Source: Octopus bimaculoides
Lineage: Eukaryota
Direction: 5' to 3'
DNA: 32,797 nucleotides
Assembly (NCBI RefSeq): GCF_001194135.2
Contig: NC_069009.1
Coordinates: forward strand, 650,661 to 683,457
Shown: piece after piece, positions 8,189 to 20,149 of the stretch
How the letters are laid out: each line of letters begins with the position of its first letter
Position numbering within the stretch: position 1 is the first letter of the stretch
The notes under the pieces: generated by a model
Databases searched by the model: none
Seen by the model: only the letters and a program-made list of their open reading frames with translations
Told to the model about the DNA's origin: nothing
Translations under genes and position numbers: made by a program

Positions 8189-11100
8189 TTCGTTCGTTCG
8201 TACGTACGTTCTTTCGTTATTTCCATCCTACGTACGTACGTTCGTTTGTTCGTTCGTTCCTACGGATGTTCGATCGTTCGTTTGTTTGTACTTATGCACG
8301 TTTGTTCGTTCATACGTACGTTCGTTCGTTATTTTCTGCCTACGTACGTTTGTTCGTACGTACGCATTTTTGTTCGTTCAATTGTTCATACATACGTACG
8401 TATATATGTACGTTCGTTCGTTATTTCCTGCCTACGTACGTTTGTTCGTACGTACGCATTTTTGTTCGTTCAATTGTTCGTACATACGTACGTATATATG
8501 TACGTTCGTTCGTATTTACGTACGTACGTTCGTTCTTTTATTCGTTCGTACGTACGTTCGTTCTTTTATTCGTTCATACGTACGTACGTAAGTTCGTTCG
8601 TACGTTCGTTCGTTTGTTCGTACTTATGCACGTTTGTTCGTTCATACGTACGTTCGTTCGTACGTACGTTCGTTCGTTCGTACGTTCCTTCGTACGTATG
8701 TTCCTTCGATCGTTCGTTCGTTCCTTCATTCGTACGTTCGTTCGTTTGGTCGTTCCTCCGTACATATGTACGTTCGTTCGTACGAACGGAACTACGTTCG
8801 TTCTTTCGTTCACTCGTACGTACGTGCGTTCGATCGTTCGTTCCTTTGTAAGTACGTTCGTTCTTTCGTTTGTTCGTACTTACGCACGTTTGTTCGTTCA
8901 TACGTATATTCGTTCGTACGTTCAGTCGTTCGTACGTACGGACGTTCTTTCGCTATTTCCTGCCTACGTACGTACGTTCATTCGTTAGTTCGTTCCTTCG
9001 TACGTACGTGCGTACGATCTTTCGTTCTTACCTAAGTTCGTTCGTTCGTACGTTTGTTTGTACGTACGTACGTCCTTTCGTTATTTCCTGCCTACGTGCG
9101 TACGTTCGTTTGTTCCTTCCTTCGTTCGTACGTACGTTCGTTTGTTCGTATGTACGATCGTTTGTTCGTACGTACGTATGGACGTACTTACGTTCGTTAG
9201 TACGTTCGATCGTTCGTTCCTTCGTAAGTATGTTCGTTCTTTCGTTTGTTCGTACTTACGCACATTTGTTCGTTCATACGTATGTTCGTTCGTTCGTACG
9301 TTCATTCGTTCGTACGTACGTTCTTTCGTTATTTCCTGCCTACATACGTACGTCCGTTCATTCGTTAGCTCGTTCGTTCCTTCCTACGCACATTCGTACG
9401 TACGTTCGTTCGTAAGTACGCTCGTTTGTACGTATGTTCGTTCGATCGTTCGTTCTTTCGTTCGTTCATTCGCACGGTCGTTCCTATGTACGTACGAACG
9501 GAACTCTGTACGTACGTACGTTCGTTCATTCGTTCGTTCTTACTTACGTAACTGCGTTCGTTCTTTAATTTGTTGGATTGTCCCTTCGTACGTACGTACG
9601 TTCTTTCGTTATTTCCTGCCTACCGACGTACGTACGTTCGTTTGTTCGTACGTACGTATGGACTTACGTTCGTTCGTTCGTACTTACGTTCGTTCGATCG
9701 TTCGTACGTTCTTTCGTCATTTCCTGCGTACGTAATACGTACGTACGTTCGTTCGTACGTAGTTCATTCGTTCAATCGTTCGTACGTACGTACGTATATA
9801 TGTACGTTCGTTCGTACTTACGTACGTACGTTCGTTCATTTGTTCGTTCTTACGTCCGTACATTCGTTCCATCGTTCTTGTTCGTTCTTTCGTTCGTACG
9901 TACGTTCGCACGTTTGTTCGATCATACGTACGTACGTTATTTCGTTATTACCTGCCTACGTAATACGTACGTTCGTACGTACTTTCATTCGTACGTACGT
10001 ACTTACGTTCTTTCCTGCCTGCGTACGTATGTACGTTCATTCCTTCCTTCGTTCGTACGTACGTTCTTTCGTCATTTCCTGCCGACGTAATACGTACGTA
10101 CCTTCTTTCGTTATTTCCTGTCTACGTACGTACGTACCTTCTTTCGTTATTTCCTGTCTACGTACGTACGTACGTTCGTTCGTACGTACGTACGTACGTT
10201 CGTTCGTACGTTCGTACGTACGTACTTTATTTCTTGCCTGCGTACGTACGTACACTCATTCGTTAGTTCCTTCGTATGTACGTTCGTTCGGACGTATGTT
10301 CGTTCGATCGTTCGTTCTTTCGTTCGTTCGTTCGTTCGTTTGGTCGTTCCTACGTGCGTGCGTTCGATCGTTCGTTAATTCGTTCGTCCTTACTTACGTA
10401 AGTGCGTTCGTTCTTTAATTCGTTCGATTGTTCCTTCGTACGTGCGTACGTTCGTTCTTACGTACGTTCTATCTTTATTTCCTGCCTACCTACGTACGTT
10501 CGTTCGTTCCTTCCTTCGTACGTTCGTTCGTTCCTTCCTTCGTACGTACGTTCGTTTGTTCGTTCGTACGTACGTATGCACGTAATTACGTTCGTTCGTT
10601 CGTATATACGTTCGGTCGTATATACGTTCGTTCGTTCCTTCGTACGTACGTTCGTTCGTACGTAAGTTCTTTCGTGCGTACGTACTTCTTTTGTCATTTC
10701 CTGCCTACGTAATACGTACGTACGTTCTTTCGTTATTATCTGCCTATATACGTACGTTCGCTCTTACGTACGTTTGTTCGTTCGTATGTTGGTACGTACG
10801 TACTTTCTTTCGTTATTTCTTGCCTACGTACGTACGTTCGTTAGTTCGTTCGTTTGTTCGTACGTACGCACGTTTGTTCGTTCTTATGTACGTTCGTACG
10901 TAAGTTCGTTCGTTCAATCGTTCGTACGTACGTACGTACGTATATATGTACGTTCGTTCATTCGTACGTACGTGCGTTTGTATATACGTGCGTTCGTATA
11001 TACGTGCGTTCGTTCGTTCGTTCGTTCGTACGAATGGAACTACGTACGTGATTACGTAACGAAGAAACGAACATACTTACGTACGTTCGTTCGTACCAAC

Positions 11101-14042
11101 GTACGTAAGTATGTTCGTTTCTTCGTTCGTACGTACGTACGTTCTTTTGTTCGTTGGTTCCTTCGTACGTAGTTCGTTCGATCGTTCGTTTGTTCGTACG
11201 TACGCACGTTTGTTAGTTCATACGTACGTTCGTTCGTCATTTCCTGCCTACGTACGTACGTACTTTCGTTCGTTATTTCGTTCGTTCCTTCGTACGTACA
11301 TTCGTTCGTACGTATGTTCATACGATCGTTCGTTCGTTCATTCGTAAGTACGTACGTTAGTTCGTTCGGTTGTTCCTACATACGTATATATGTACGTTCG
11401 TTTGTTCATACGAACGGAACTACGTACGTACGTAATTACGTACGTTCGTTCGTTAATTCGTAGGTACGTGCGTACGATCGTTCGTTAATTCGTTCGTTCT
11501 TTAACTCGTTCGATTGTTCGTTCGAACGTACGTACGATATTTCGTTATATCTTGACTGCGTACGTACGTTCGTTCATACGTACGTTGGTTCGGTCGTACG
11601 TACGTAAGTTATTTCCTTATTTCTTGCCTGCTTATGTACGTTCGTTCGTACGTAGGCTCGTTCGTACGTACGTATATATGTACGTTCGTTCGTACTTACG
11701 TACGTACGTACTTTCGTTGGTACCTACGTTCGTTCTTTCATTCGTTCGTACATACGTTCGTACGTTCGTTCTAACGTACGTACGTAAGTTCGTTCGTACG
11801 TACGTTCGTTTGTTCGTTCGTTCCTTCGTACGTACGTTCGTTCGCTCCTTTGTTCATACGTACGCACGTGTGTTCGTTCGTACGTACGTTCTTTCGTTAT
11901 TTCCTGCCAACGTACGTACGTAAGTTCATTCGTTAGTTCGTTCGTTCCTTCGTACGTACGTTCGTTCGTACTTACATTCGTTCGTACGTATGTTCGATAG
12001 TTCTTTCGTTCGTTCATTCGTACGTTCGTTCGTTTGGTCGTTCCTACGTACGTATGTACTACGTTCGTTCGTACGAACGGAACTACGTAGTACGTACGTT
12101 CTTTCTTTCGTTCATTCGTACGTACGTGCGTATGATCGTTCGTTAATTCGTTCGTTCTTACTTATGTAAGTGCGTTCGTTCTTTAATTCGTTCGATTGTT
12201 CCTGCCTACGTACGTACGTTCTTTCGTTATTTCCTGCCTATGTACGTACGTACGTTTCTTCCGTCCTTCGTAGTACGTTTGTTTGTTTCTTCGTTCGATC
12301 GTACATACTTACGTTCGTTCGCACGTACTTTCGTTCGTTCGTACGTACGTACGTATATATGTACGTTCGTTCGTACTTACGTACGTACGTTCGTTCTTTT
12401 ATTCGTTCGTACTTACGTACGTACGTTCGTTCTTTTATTCGTTCGTACGTACGTATGTTCGTTCGATCGTTCATACGTACGTACGTACGTAAGTTCGTTC
12501 TTTTGTCCGTCCGTACGTAAGTACGTTCGTTTTTTCGTTCGTACGTACGTACGTTCGTTTGTTCGTTCGTTTCTTCGTACGTACGTTCGTTCGTTTGTTC
12601 GTACGTACGCATGTTTGTTCGTTCATACGTACGTTCGTTCGTACGTACGTACTTTTTTTCGTCATTTCCTGCCTACGTACGTACGTTCGTTCGTATTTCC
12701 GTACGTACGTTCGTTCGTATTTCCGTACGTACGTACATTCGTTTGTACTTCCGTACGTTCGTTCGTTCGTTCGTTCATACGTAAGTACGTTCATACGTAC
12801 GCACGTACGTAAGTTCGTTCGTTTTATCGTTCATACGTACGTACGTTCGTTTGTTCGTTCGTTCCTTCATAAGTACGTACGTTCGTTTGTTCGTTCGTTC
12901 CTTTGTAAGTACGTTCGTTCTTTCGTTTGTTCGTACGTACGTTCGTTCGTTTGGTCGTTCCTACGTACGTATGTACGTACGTTCGTTCGTTCGTTCATAC
13001 GAATGGAACTACGTACGTACGTTCGTTCTTTCGTTATTTACTGCCTACCGACGTACGTTCGTTCCTTCCTTCGTTCGTATGTACGTTCGTTCGTTCGTTC
13101 GTTTATTCGTTCGTACGTACGTATGCACGTACTTACGTTCCTTCGATCGTTCGTTCGTACGTACGTTCTTTCGTACGTACGTTCTTTCGTACGTACGTTC
13201 GTTCGTACGTACGTTCTTTCGTACGTACGTTCGTTCGTACGTACGTACGTTCTTTCGTCATTTCTTGCCTACGTAACACGTAATTACGTCCGTTCGTACG
13301 TACGTTCTATCGTTATTATCTGCCTACGTAGTACGTACGTTCGTCCGTACGTACGTAAGTACGTTCGTTCTTACGTACTTTCGTTCGTTCGTTCGTACGT
13401 ACGTTCTTTCGTTATCTCCTGCCTACGTACGTACGTTCGTTCATTCGTTGGTTCGTTCCTTCGTACGTTCGTTCGTTTGTTCGTACGTACGCACGTTTGT
13501 TCGTTCTTACATACGTTCGTTCGTTTGTACGTATGTTCTTTTGTTATTTACTGTCTACGTACGTACGTTCGTTCGTACGTAATTTCGTTCGTTCAATCGT
13601 TCGTACGTACGTACGTATATATGTACGTTCGTTCGTACTTACGTACGTACGTTCGTTAGTACTTACGTACGTACGTTCGTTCGTACTTACGTACGTACGT
13701 TCGTTCTTTTATTCGTCCGTACATAGGTACGTACGTTCTTTTGATCGTTCATACGTACGTACTATCTTTATTTCTTGCCTGCGTACGTACGTTCGTTCGT
13801 ACGTAACTTTGTTCGTTCAATCATTCGTTCTTTCGTACGTACGTTCGTTCGATCGTTCGTTTGTTCATACGTACGCAGGTGTGTTTGTTCATACGTACGT
13901 TCGTACGTTCGTTTGTACGTTCGTTCGTACGTACGTGCGTTCTTTCGTCATTTCCTGCCTACGTACGTACGTAAGTTCGTTCGTTATTTCGTTCGTTCCT
14001 TTGTACGTACGTTGGTTTGTTCGATCGTTCATTCTTTCGTAC
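8186..14042 (+). repeat. Complex CpG-rich tetranucleotide array (TACG/TTCG), T-rich orientation
   Basis: ~5.9 kb of mixed TACG and TTCG units with a recurring longer motif TTCTTTCGTTATTTCCTGCCTACGT (ATTTCCTG at 8423, 8955, 9083, 9331, 9611 and elsewhere). Confidence 0.97.
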
Positions 14043-15733
14043 CTACGAACAAAAGAAAGAACGTACGTACGAACGAACGTACGTACGTACGTAGGCAAAT
14101 AATAACGAAAGAACGAACGTACGTACGTATTACGTAGGCAGGAAATGACGAAAGAACTTACGTACGCACGAACTAAGTTACGTACAAACGAACGAAAGAA
14201 CGTACGTACGAACGAACGTACATACGTAGGTAAGAAATAACGACACAACGTAAGTACGAACGAACGTACGTACATATTTCGTAGGCAGGATTAAACGAAA
14301 GATCTACGTACGTACGAACGAAGAAACGACCGAACGCACGTACGTACGAAGGAACGTACGTACGTAAGAACGAACGTTCGTACGTAAGAACGAACGTACG
14401 TAAAAACGAACGTACGAACAAAAGAATGATTGAACGAACAAACGTACATACGTAGATAAGAAATAACGACAGAACGTAAGTACGAACGAACGTACGTACG
14501 TATTTCGTAGGCAGGAATTAACGAAAGATCGTACGTACGTACGAACGAAGAAACGAACGTACGTACGTATTACATAGGCAGGAAATAACGTACGTGGACA
14601 GGAAATAACGAAAGAACGTACTTACGTACGAAGGAACGAACGAACGTACATATTACGTAGGCAGGAATTAACGAAAGAACATACGTTCGTAGGTAAGAAC
14701 GATCGGACGTACGTAACAATGAACGTACGTTCGTAAGAACGAAAGTATGTACGTAAAAACGTACGAACGAAAGAACGATTGAACGAACGAACGTACATAC
14801 GTAGGTAAGAAATAACGACAGAACGTAAGTACGAACGAACGTACGTATTTCATAGGCAGGAATTAACGAAATATCGTACGTACGTACGAAAGAAGGAATA
14901 AACGAACGTACGTAAGTACGAACGAACGTACGTACGTACGTATTACATAGGCAGGAAATAACGAAAGAACGTACGTACGAACGAACGTACGTACGTAGAC
15001 AGGAAATAATGAATGAACGTACTTACGTACAAAGGAAAGTACGTACGAAGGAACGAACGTACATATTACGTAGGTAGGAAATAACGAAAGAGCATACGTA
15101 CGTACGTAAGAACGAACGTACATACGTAGGTAAGAAATAACGACAGAACGTAAGTTCGAACGTACGTACGTATTTCGTAGGCAGGAATTAACGAAAGATC
15201 GTACGTTCGTACGAAAGAAAAAATAAACGAACGTACGTACGTATTACATAGCCAGGAAATAACGAAAGAACGTACGAACGAACGTACGTATGAACGAACG
15301 TATGTACGTACGTGGACAGGAAATAACGAAAGAACGTACTTACGTACGAAGGAACGAACGAACGAATGTACATATTACGTAGGCAAGAAATAACGAAAGA
15401 ACGTACGTACATAAGAACGAACGTATGTAAGAACGAACGTACGTACGTACGTACGTAAAAACGTACGAACGAACGAAAGTACGAACAAAAGAACGATTTA
15501 ACGAACGAACGTACGTAAGCAGGTAAGAAATAACGACACAACGTAAGTACGAACGAACATACGTACGTATTTCGTAGGCAGGAATTAACGAAAGACCGTA
15601 CGAACGAAGAAATGAACGAACGTACGTACGTATTACGTAGGCCTAAATTAACGAAAGATCGTACGTACGGAGAAAAGAACGAACGTACATATGAACGAAC
15701 AAACGAACGTACCTACGTACGAACGTACGTACG

Positions 15734-15735
<2 letters not shown>
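14043..15735 (-). repeat. Same CpG-rich array in inverted (A-rich, CGAA/CGTA) orientation, with higher-order repeat
   Basis: Reverse-complement units including ACGTAGGCAGGAAATAACGAAAGAA. The marker TAAGAAATAACGACA recurs at 14231, 14457, 14806, 15131 and 15524. Confidence 0.97.

Positions 15736-15736
<1 letters not shown>

Positions 15737-15767
<31 letters not shown>
15737..15767. repeat. (AT)n microsatellite adjoining gap 15768-16035
   Basis: Pure AT run followed by Ns. Confidence 0.95.
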
Positions 15768-16185
15768 NNNNNNNNNNNNNNNNNNNNNNNNNNNNNNNNN
15801 NNNNNNNNNNNNNNNNNNNNNNNNNNNNNNNNNNNNNNNNNNNNNNNNNNNNNNNNNNNNNNNNNNNNNNNNNNNNNNNNNNNNNNNNNNNNNNNNNNNN
15901 NNNNNNNNNNNNNNNNNNNNNNNNNNNNNNNNNNNNNNNNNNNNNNNNNNNNNNNNNNNNNNNNNNNNNNNNNNNNNNNNNNNNNNNNNNNNNNNNNNNN
16001 NNNNNNNNNNNNNNNNNNNNNNNNNNNNNNNNNNNCGTATATATGTATACATAATGATATATACATATTTTCATTTATATATATACACATATACATACAT
16101 ACATATATTTAAATACATAAATATGGATATGTCCCCCTTTATCTTAAAACTTAGGTGTATATTTTTACGTATCTATCTATCTAGA

Positions 16186-16904
16186 GGGGTAAAGAGAGAT
16201 ACGTAGTAGTAAACAGAGGAAGAACGAGAGGGGGGAAAATTGAAGAGAAAGAGAAGGAGTAGCGTCGGAAAATATAAAGTTGCGAAAACTACTTACAGAT
16301 TGGTGACGCTGCGTTCGGTCATACGTACAGGCATGTGCATACCGACATCCACCTGTATGTATAGGTGCATATCTGGGTACAGGACATTGCAAACAAAACG
16401 TAGACGAGAAAACACACAAGCCACATAGAGAACATTCTTCTTCATCAGCTACCCCCGTTTTAACACCGNNNNNNNNNNCGGCTCTTCCCATGGAGGAATG
16501 TAGTGGCGGACAAAAAACAAGACAGGAAAACAAACAGAAAAGGCTATACGGCCAGACGGGAAAAATTATGTGTATGAACGCTGTGAGGCACGAACTTGAA
16601 AGTGGGGACGAAGTAAGTTCGCGTGTTTGCTCGGCGATAGCCAAGGAAGAAAAGGATTATTGACTGGAAGCATGTGACCATGCCGGTGTAAGGGGAAGAG
16701 AGAGAGAGTGGTAGAGGGAGAAACAAAGGGAGGAAATAGAAGAATAGGTGAGCAACGAGAGGAAGAGAGGAGGTAAGAGGGGGCAAAAGGAGATACGTAG
16801 TAGTAACAGAGGAAGAACGAGAGGGGTAAAGAGAGATACGTAGTAGTAAAGTGGAAGAACGAGAGGGGGGGAAATGATAGAGGAAGAGAAAGAGATAGAG
16901 TAGC
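16186..16904. repeat. ~640-bp tandemly repeated unit (second copy cut by a gap), containing a dispersed repeat
   Basis: GGGGTAAAGAGAGATACGTAGTAGTAAA...GAGTAGC at 16186-16263 recurs at 16823-16904. Segment 16321-16405 recurs inverted at 24263-24347. Confidence 0.65.
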
Positions 16905-17004
16905 NNNNNNNNNNNNNNNNNNNNNNNNNNNNNNNNNNNNNNNNNNNNNNNNNNNNNNNNNNNNNNNNNNNNNNNNNNNNNNNNNNNNNNNNNNNNNNNN
17001 NNNN

Positions 17005-17280
17005 TCTGCGTGTGCGTGTGTGCTTAATCTAGCCTCCGCGTCCGTGCTGCTTTTTGTCTCTGTGTCTGTGTGTCCGTACCGCTGTTTGCCTCTGTGTCAG
17101 TGTGCGTGCTTGTTCTTGCCTCTGTCTGCGTGTGCGTGTGTGCTTGTTCTTGTCTCTGTGTTTGTGTGTCCGTGCCTGTTCTTGTTCTTGCCTCTGTGTC
17201 TGTGTGCGCGTGCGTGCGTGCGTGCTTGTTCTTGCCTCTGTATCTGTGTGCGTGCGCGCGCGCTTGTTCTTGCCTCTGAT
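17005..17280. repeat. GT-rich complex micro/minisatellite (TGTG/GCGT with a CTTGTTCTTGCCTCTG module)
   Basis: Repeated CTTGTTCTTG(C/T)CTCTG modules embedded in TG/CG dinucleotide runs. Confidence 0.85.
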
Positions 17281-17322
17281 TCTAACAATTTTTAAATCAA
17301 TAAACACGCGTAACCATATATG

Positions 17323-17632
17323 TGTTGGCAGTCAGTCGCTTACGACGTCGAGGGTTCCAGTTGATCAGATAAACGGAACAGCCTGCTCGTGAAATGAACG
17401 AGCACTCCACAAACACGTGTACCCTTAATGTAGTTCTCGGGGATATTCAGCGTGACACGAAGTGTGACAAGGCTGAACCTTTGAATTACAGGTACAACAG
17501 AAACAGGAAGTAAGAGTGAGAGAGAAAGTTGTGGTGGAAGAGTACAGCAGGGTTCGCCACCATCCCCTGCCGGAGCCTCGTGGAGCTTTAGGTGTTTTCG
17601 CTGCCTTAACCACTGGGCCATTGCGCCTCCAC
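17323..17632 (-). mobile_element. tRNA-derived SINE, family A, internally deleted (B-box lost)
   Basis: Reverse complement of family A. The head GGAGGCGCAATGGCCCAGTGGTTAAGGCAGCG is joined directly to AAAACACCTAAAG via AGCG microhomology. Tail ...GCCAACA. Confidence 0.9.
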
Positions 17633-17639
17633 ACCATGT

Positions 17640-17884
17640 CATTCATACACATCCAACAAAGCATGCTTGCTTCACATCTTTCCAGTCTTCACAAATCCTC
17701 TGCATTTTAAGGCTCATGTTTTACTACTATGCATTATTGCAATCTGCTCTTCTGTCTAAGAAAAGATCGTTTCCAGCAACAGTAGTGTCTCCTTGAACTC
17801 TCTCCAAACTACCCCTCTTGCTAATTGAATCTAGGTAACAAAACTATCAATTGCTTCTAGTGAACCATCCAGGCATTTAAAACC
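17640..17884 (-). mobile_element. Degraded RTE-like LINE fragment (region C-terminal to the RT core)
   Basis: Frameshifted minus translation GFKCLDGSLEAIDSF..WREFKETLLLL..AIMHSSKT*A(fs)LNAEDL*RLERCEASMLCWMC resembles the RTE pattern LEVVDSFCYLG..GWKKFRELLPLL..MLHGSETWAL..RLERNEASMLRWMC. Multiple stops. Confidence 0.65.
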
Positions 17885-18541
17885 ACCTGCTTCTGGCGTG
17901 CTCATTGTATGTATAGCTCTACTTTTTACATATTTTTTATATCTTACAATTTTCTTTCTCAATTATTTCAGAATGCCAGAAACAGCAAAGAACTGTTTTC
18001 TCATACACCATCAATATCGATCATCTTTTCAAAACTAAAGGAAAATGTTCCACAAAATGGATATACACCCTGTTATATAAATCTATGTTAGAATTTCTGC
18101 TAAATATTTCTTCAGAACGAAGATGAATATCATTGTTTGTCTTGTTGAATTCCTGAAAACTTTACAAGATCACTTTGCATTTTAATAAAAATTTGGATTG
18201 CAAAGGAGTTTGCAGCAACTTGAGATAATCAGCAAAGATCTCTGTTGACGGAAATATAACGATTGTGATATTTGTTGAGAATATGATACAAACACAAAGA
18301 GAAGCAAACTTGTGTATAAATTCAAATTACGACAAACATAAATAAACAAACGAAGTTTGCTTTTAGAAGCGTTGAGATGTCTTAGAAAGTTAAAGAAGTG
18401 ATTTTAAATTCTCAAACGCAGAATAATGCTAATAATATAGCCTGAACAGGATAAACTACCCCTATTTTGCAGAGAAAAGTGTAGGTGGCTAGCTGTTGAG
18501 AATTTAAACTTGTGTATATTTGTGGTAAGAAAAGGAAAATT

Positions 18542-20149
18542 ATGGAAAATGATTTAAGTGACAATGAAACACAGACTGAAAAGATTGACTTTCCTGATGA
18601 TGTGAAGATTGAGAAAGGTAAAAAATCATACCATTGTGATATCTGTGGCAAACCATTCTCTCACAGTAGCAACTTAACTAAGCATAAATCTGTTCATACA
18701 GGAGAGAAACCATATCGCTGTAACATCTGTGGTAAATCATTCTCCCGGAAGGATAACTTGATTACTCACCAGCGTATTCATACAGGAGTGAAACCATATC
18801 ACTGCGACACCTGTGGAAAAGCCTTCTCTCAAAAGGACAACTTGATTACTCACCAACGTATTCATACAGGAGAAAAACCGTATCACTGTGATATCTGTGG
18901 TGAATCGTTTTCTCAAAGTGTTCATTTGAATAAACACAAACGCATTCATACAGGAGAGAAACCATATTGCTGTGATGTCTGTGGTAAATCATTCTCCGCA
19001 AACGGTACCTTAACTAGACATAAACGTATCCATACAGGAGAAAAACCTTATCACTGTGATGTCTGTGGTAAATCATTCTCCGATGGAAGTCGTTTACATA
19101 AACACAAACACATTCACACAGGAGTAAAACCATATCATTGTGATATCTGTGGTAAGTCATTCTCTAGTACATATGCCCTTTCTAGTCACAAACATATTCA
19201 TACAGGAGAGAAACCATATCACTGTGACATCTGTGGTAAATCATTTTCTCATGGTCATACTTTAACTATTCACCGACACATTCATACTGGAGAGAAACCA
19301 TATCACTGTGAGATCTGTGGTAAATCCTTCACTGAAACCAGTCACTTAACTAAGCACAAGCGCATTCATACAGGAGAGAAACCATATCACTGTGATATCT
19401 GTGGCAAATCATTCTCTCAGAAAGATAACCTAATTCCTCACCAACGTATTCATACAGGAGAAAAACCATATCACTGTGATATCTGTGGGGAAACATTCTC
19501 TCAAAATGGTAATTTAACTAAACACAAATGCATTCATACAGGAAGCCAACTATATTTCTGCAATATCTGTGGTAAATCATTCTCTCAAAAGAGCTCCTTG
19601 AAAAGACATATTCGCATTCATACTGGGGAGAAACCATATCACTGTGATATCTGTGGTAAATTATTTTCTGAGAATGGGACTTTAACAATCCACAAACGCA
19701 GTCATACAGGAGAGAAACCGTATCATTGTGACATCTGTGGTAAATCATTCTCCGACACTGGTCATTTATCTCGGCATGTACGTATTCATACGGGAGACAA
19801 ACCACATCACTGCGATATCTGTGGAAAGTCCTTCTCTGAAAATGGAGATTTAACAAGACATATCCGCATTCATACAGGAGAGAAGCCATATCAGTGTGAC
19901 ATTTGTAGTAAATCATTCTCTCATGGACATGCCTTAACTGCTCACAAACGCACTCATACAGGTGAGAAACCATATCACTGTGATATCTGTGGAAAATCTT
20001 TCTCCGAGACTGGCCACTTAACTAAACACAAGCACATTCATACAGGACTGAAGCTACATCACTGTGATATCTGTGGCAAATCATTCTCTCATGGACATGT
20101 TTTAACTAGACACAAACGCATTCATACAGGAGAGAAACCATATCACTAA
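18542..20149 (+). CDS. Tandem C2H2 zinc-finger protein (ZNF-B), 535 aa, 18 fingers, short acidic leader, no KRAB/SCAN/BTB
   Basis: Uninterrupted ORF from ATG 18542 ([21 protein letters not shown]...) with 18 CxxC-x12-HxxxH units and TGEKP linkers. Preceded by the acceptor-like CCCCTATTTTGCAG at 18459-18472. Confidence 0.95.
   Translation: MENDLSDNETQTEKIDFPDDVKIEKGKKSYHCDICGKPFSHSSNLTKHKSVHTGEKPYRCNICGKSFSRKDNLITHQRIHTGVKPYHCDTCGKAFSQKDNLITHQRIHTGEKPYHCDICGESFSQSVHLNKHKRIHTGEKPYCCDVCGKSFSANGTLTRHKRIHTGEKPYHCDVCGKSFSDGSRLHKHKHIHTGVKPYHCDICGKSFSSTYALSSHKHIHTGEKPYHCDICGKSFSHGHTLTIHRHIHTGEKPYHCEICGKSFTETSHLTKHKRIHTGEKPYHCDICGKSFSQKDNLIPHQRIHTGEKPYHCDICGETFSQNGNLTKHKCIHTGSQLYFCNICGKSFSQKSSLKRHIRIHTGEKPYHCDICGKLFSENGTLTIHKRSHTGEKPYHCDICGKSFSDTGHLSRHVRIHTGDKPHHCDICGKSFSENGDLTRHIRIHTGEKPYQCDICSKSFSHGHALTAHKRTHTGEKPYHCDICGKSFSETGHLTKHKHIHTGLKLHHCDICGKSFSHGHVLTRHKRIHTGEKPYH

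Noticed and set aside
8153-15650. Dozens of long ORFs (RTYVRSFV.., NERTNVRT..) on both strands
   Set aside because: They are translations of TACG/TTCG repeats, which rarely contain stops. There is no domain content, and overlapping ORFs occur in all frames.
8186-15735. CRISPR-like repeat-spacer interpretation of the recurring 25-nt motif
   Set aside because: The intervening sequence is low-complexity repeat of irregular length rather than unique spacers, there are no cas genes, and the context is eukaryotic.
19518-19973. Antisense ORFs over the zinc-finger arrays (also 2994-3185, 3477-3689, 18737-18949)
   Set aside because: Shadow frames produced by the 84-bp periodic coding sequence.
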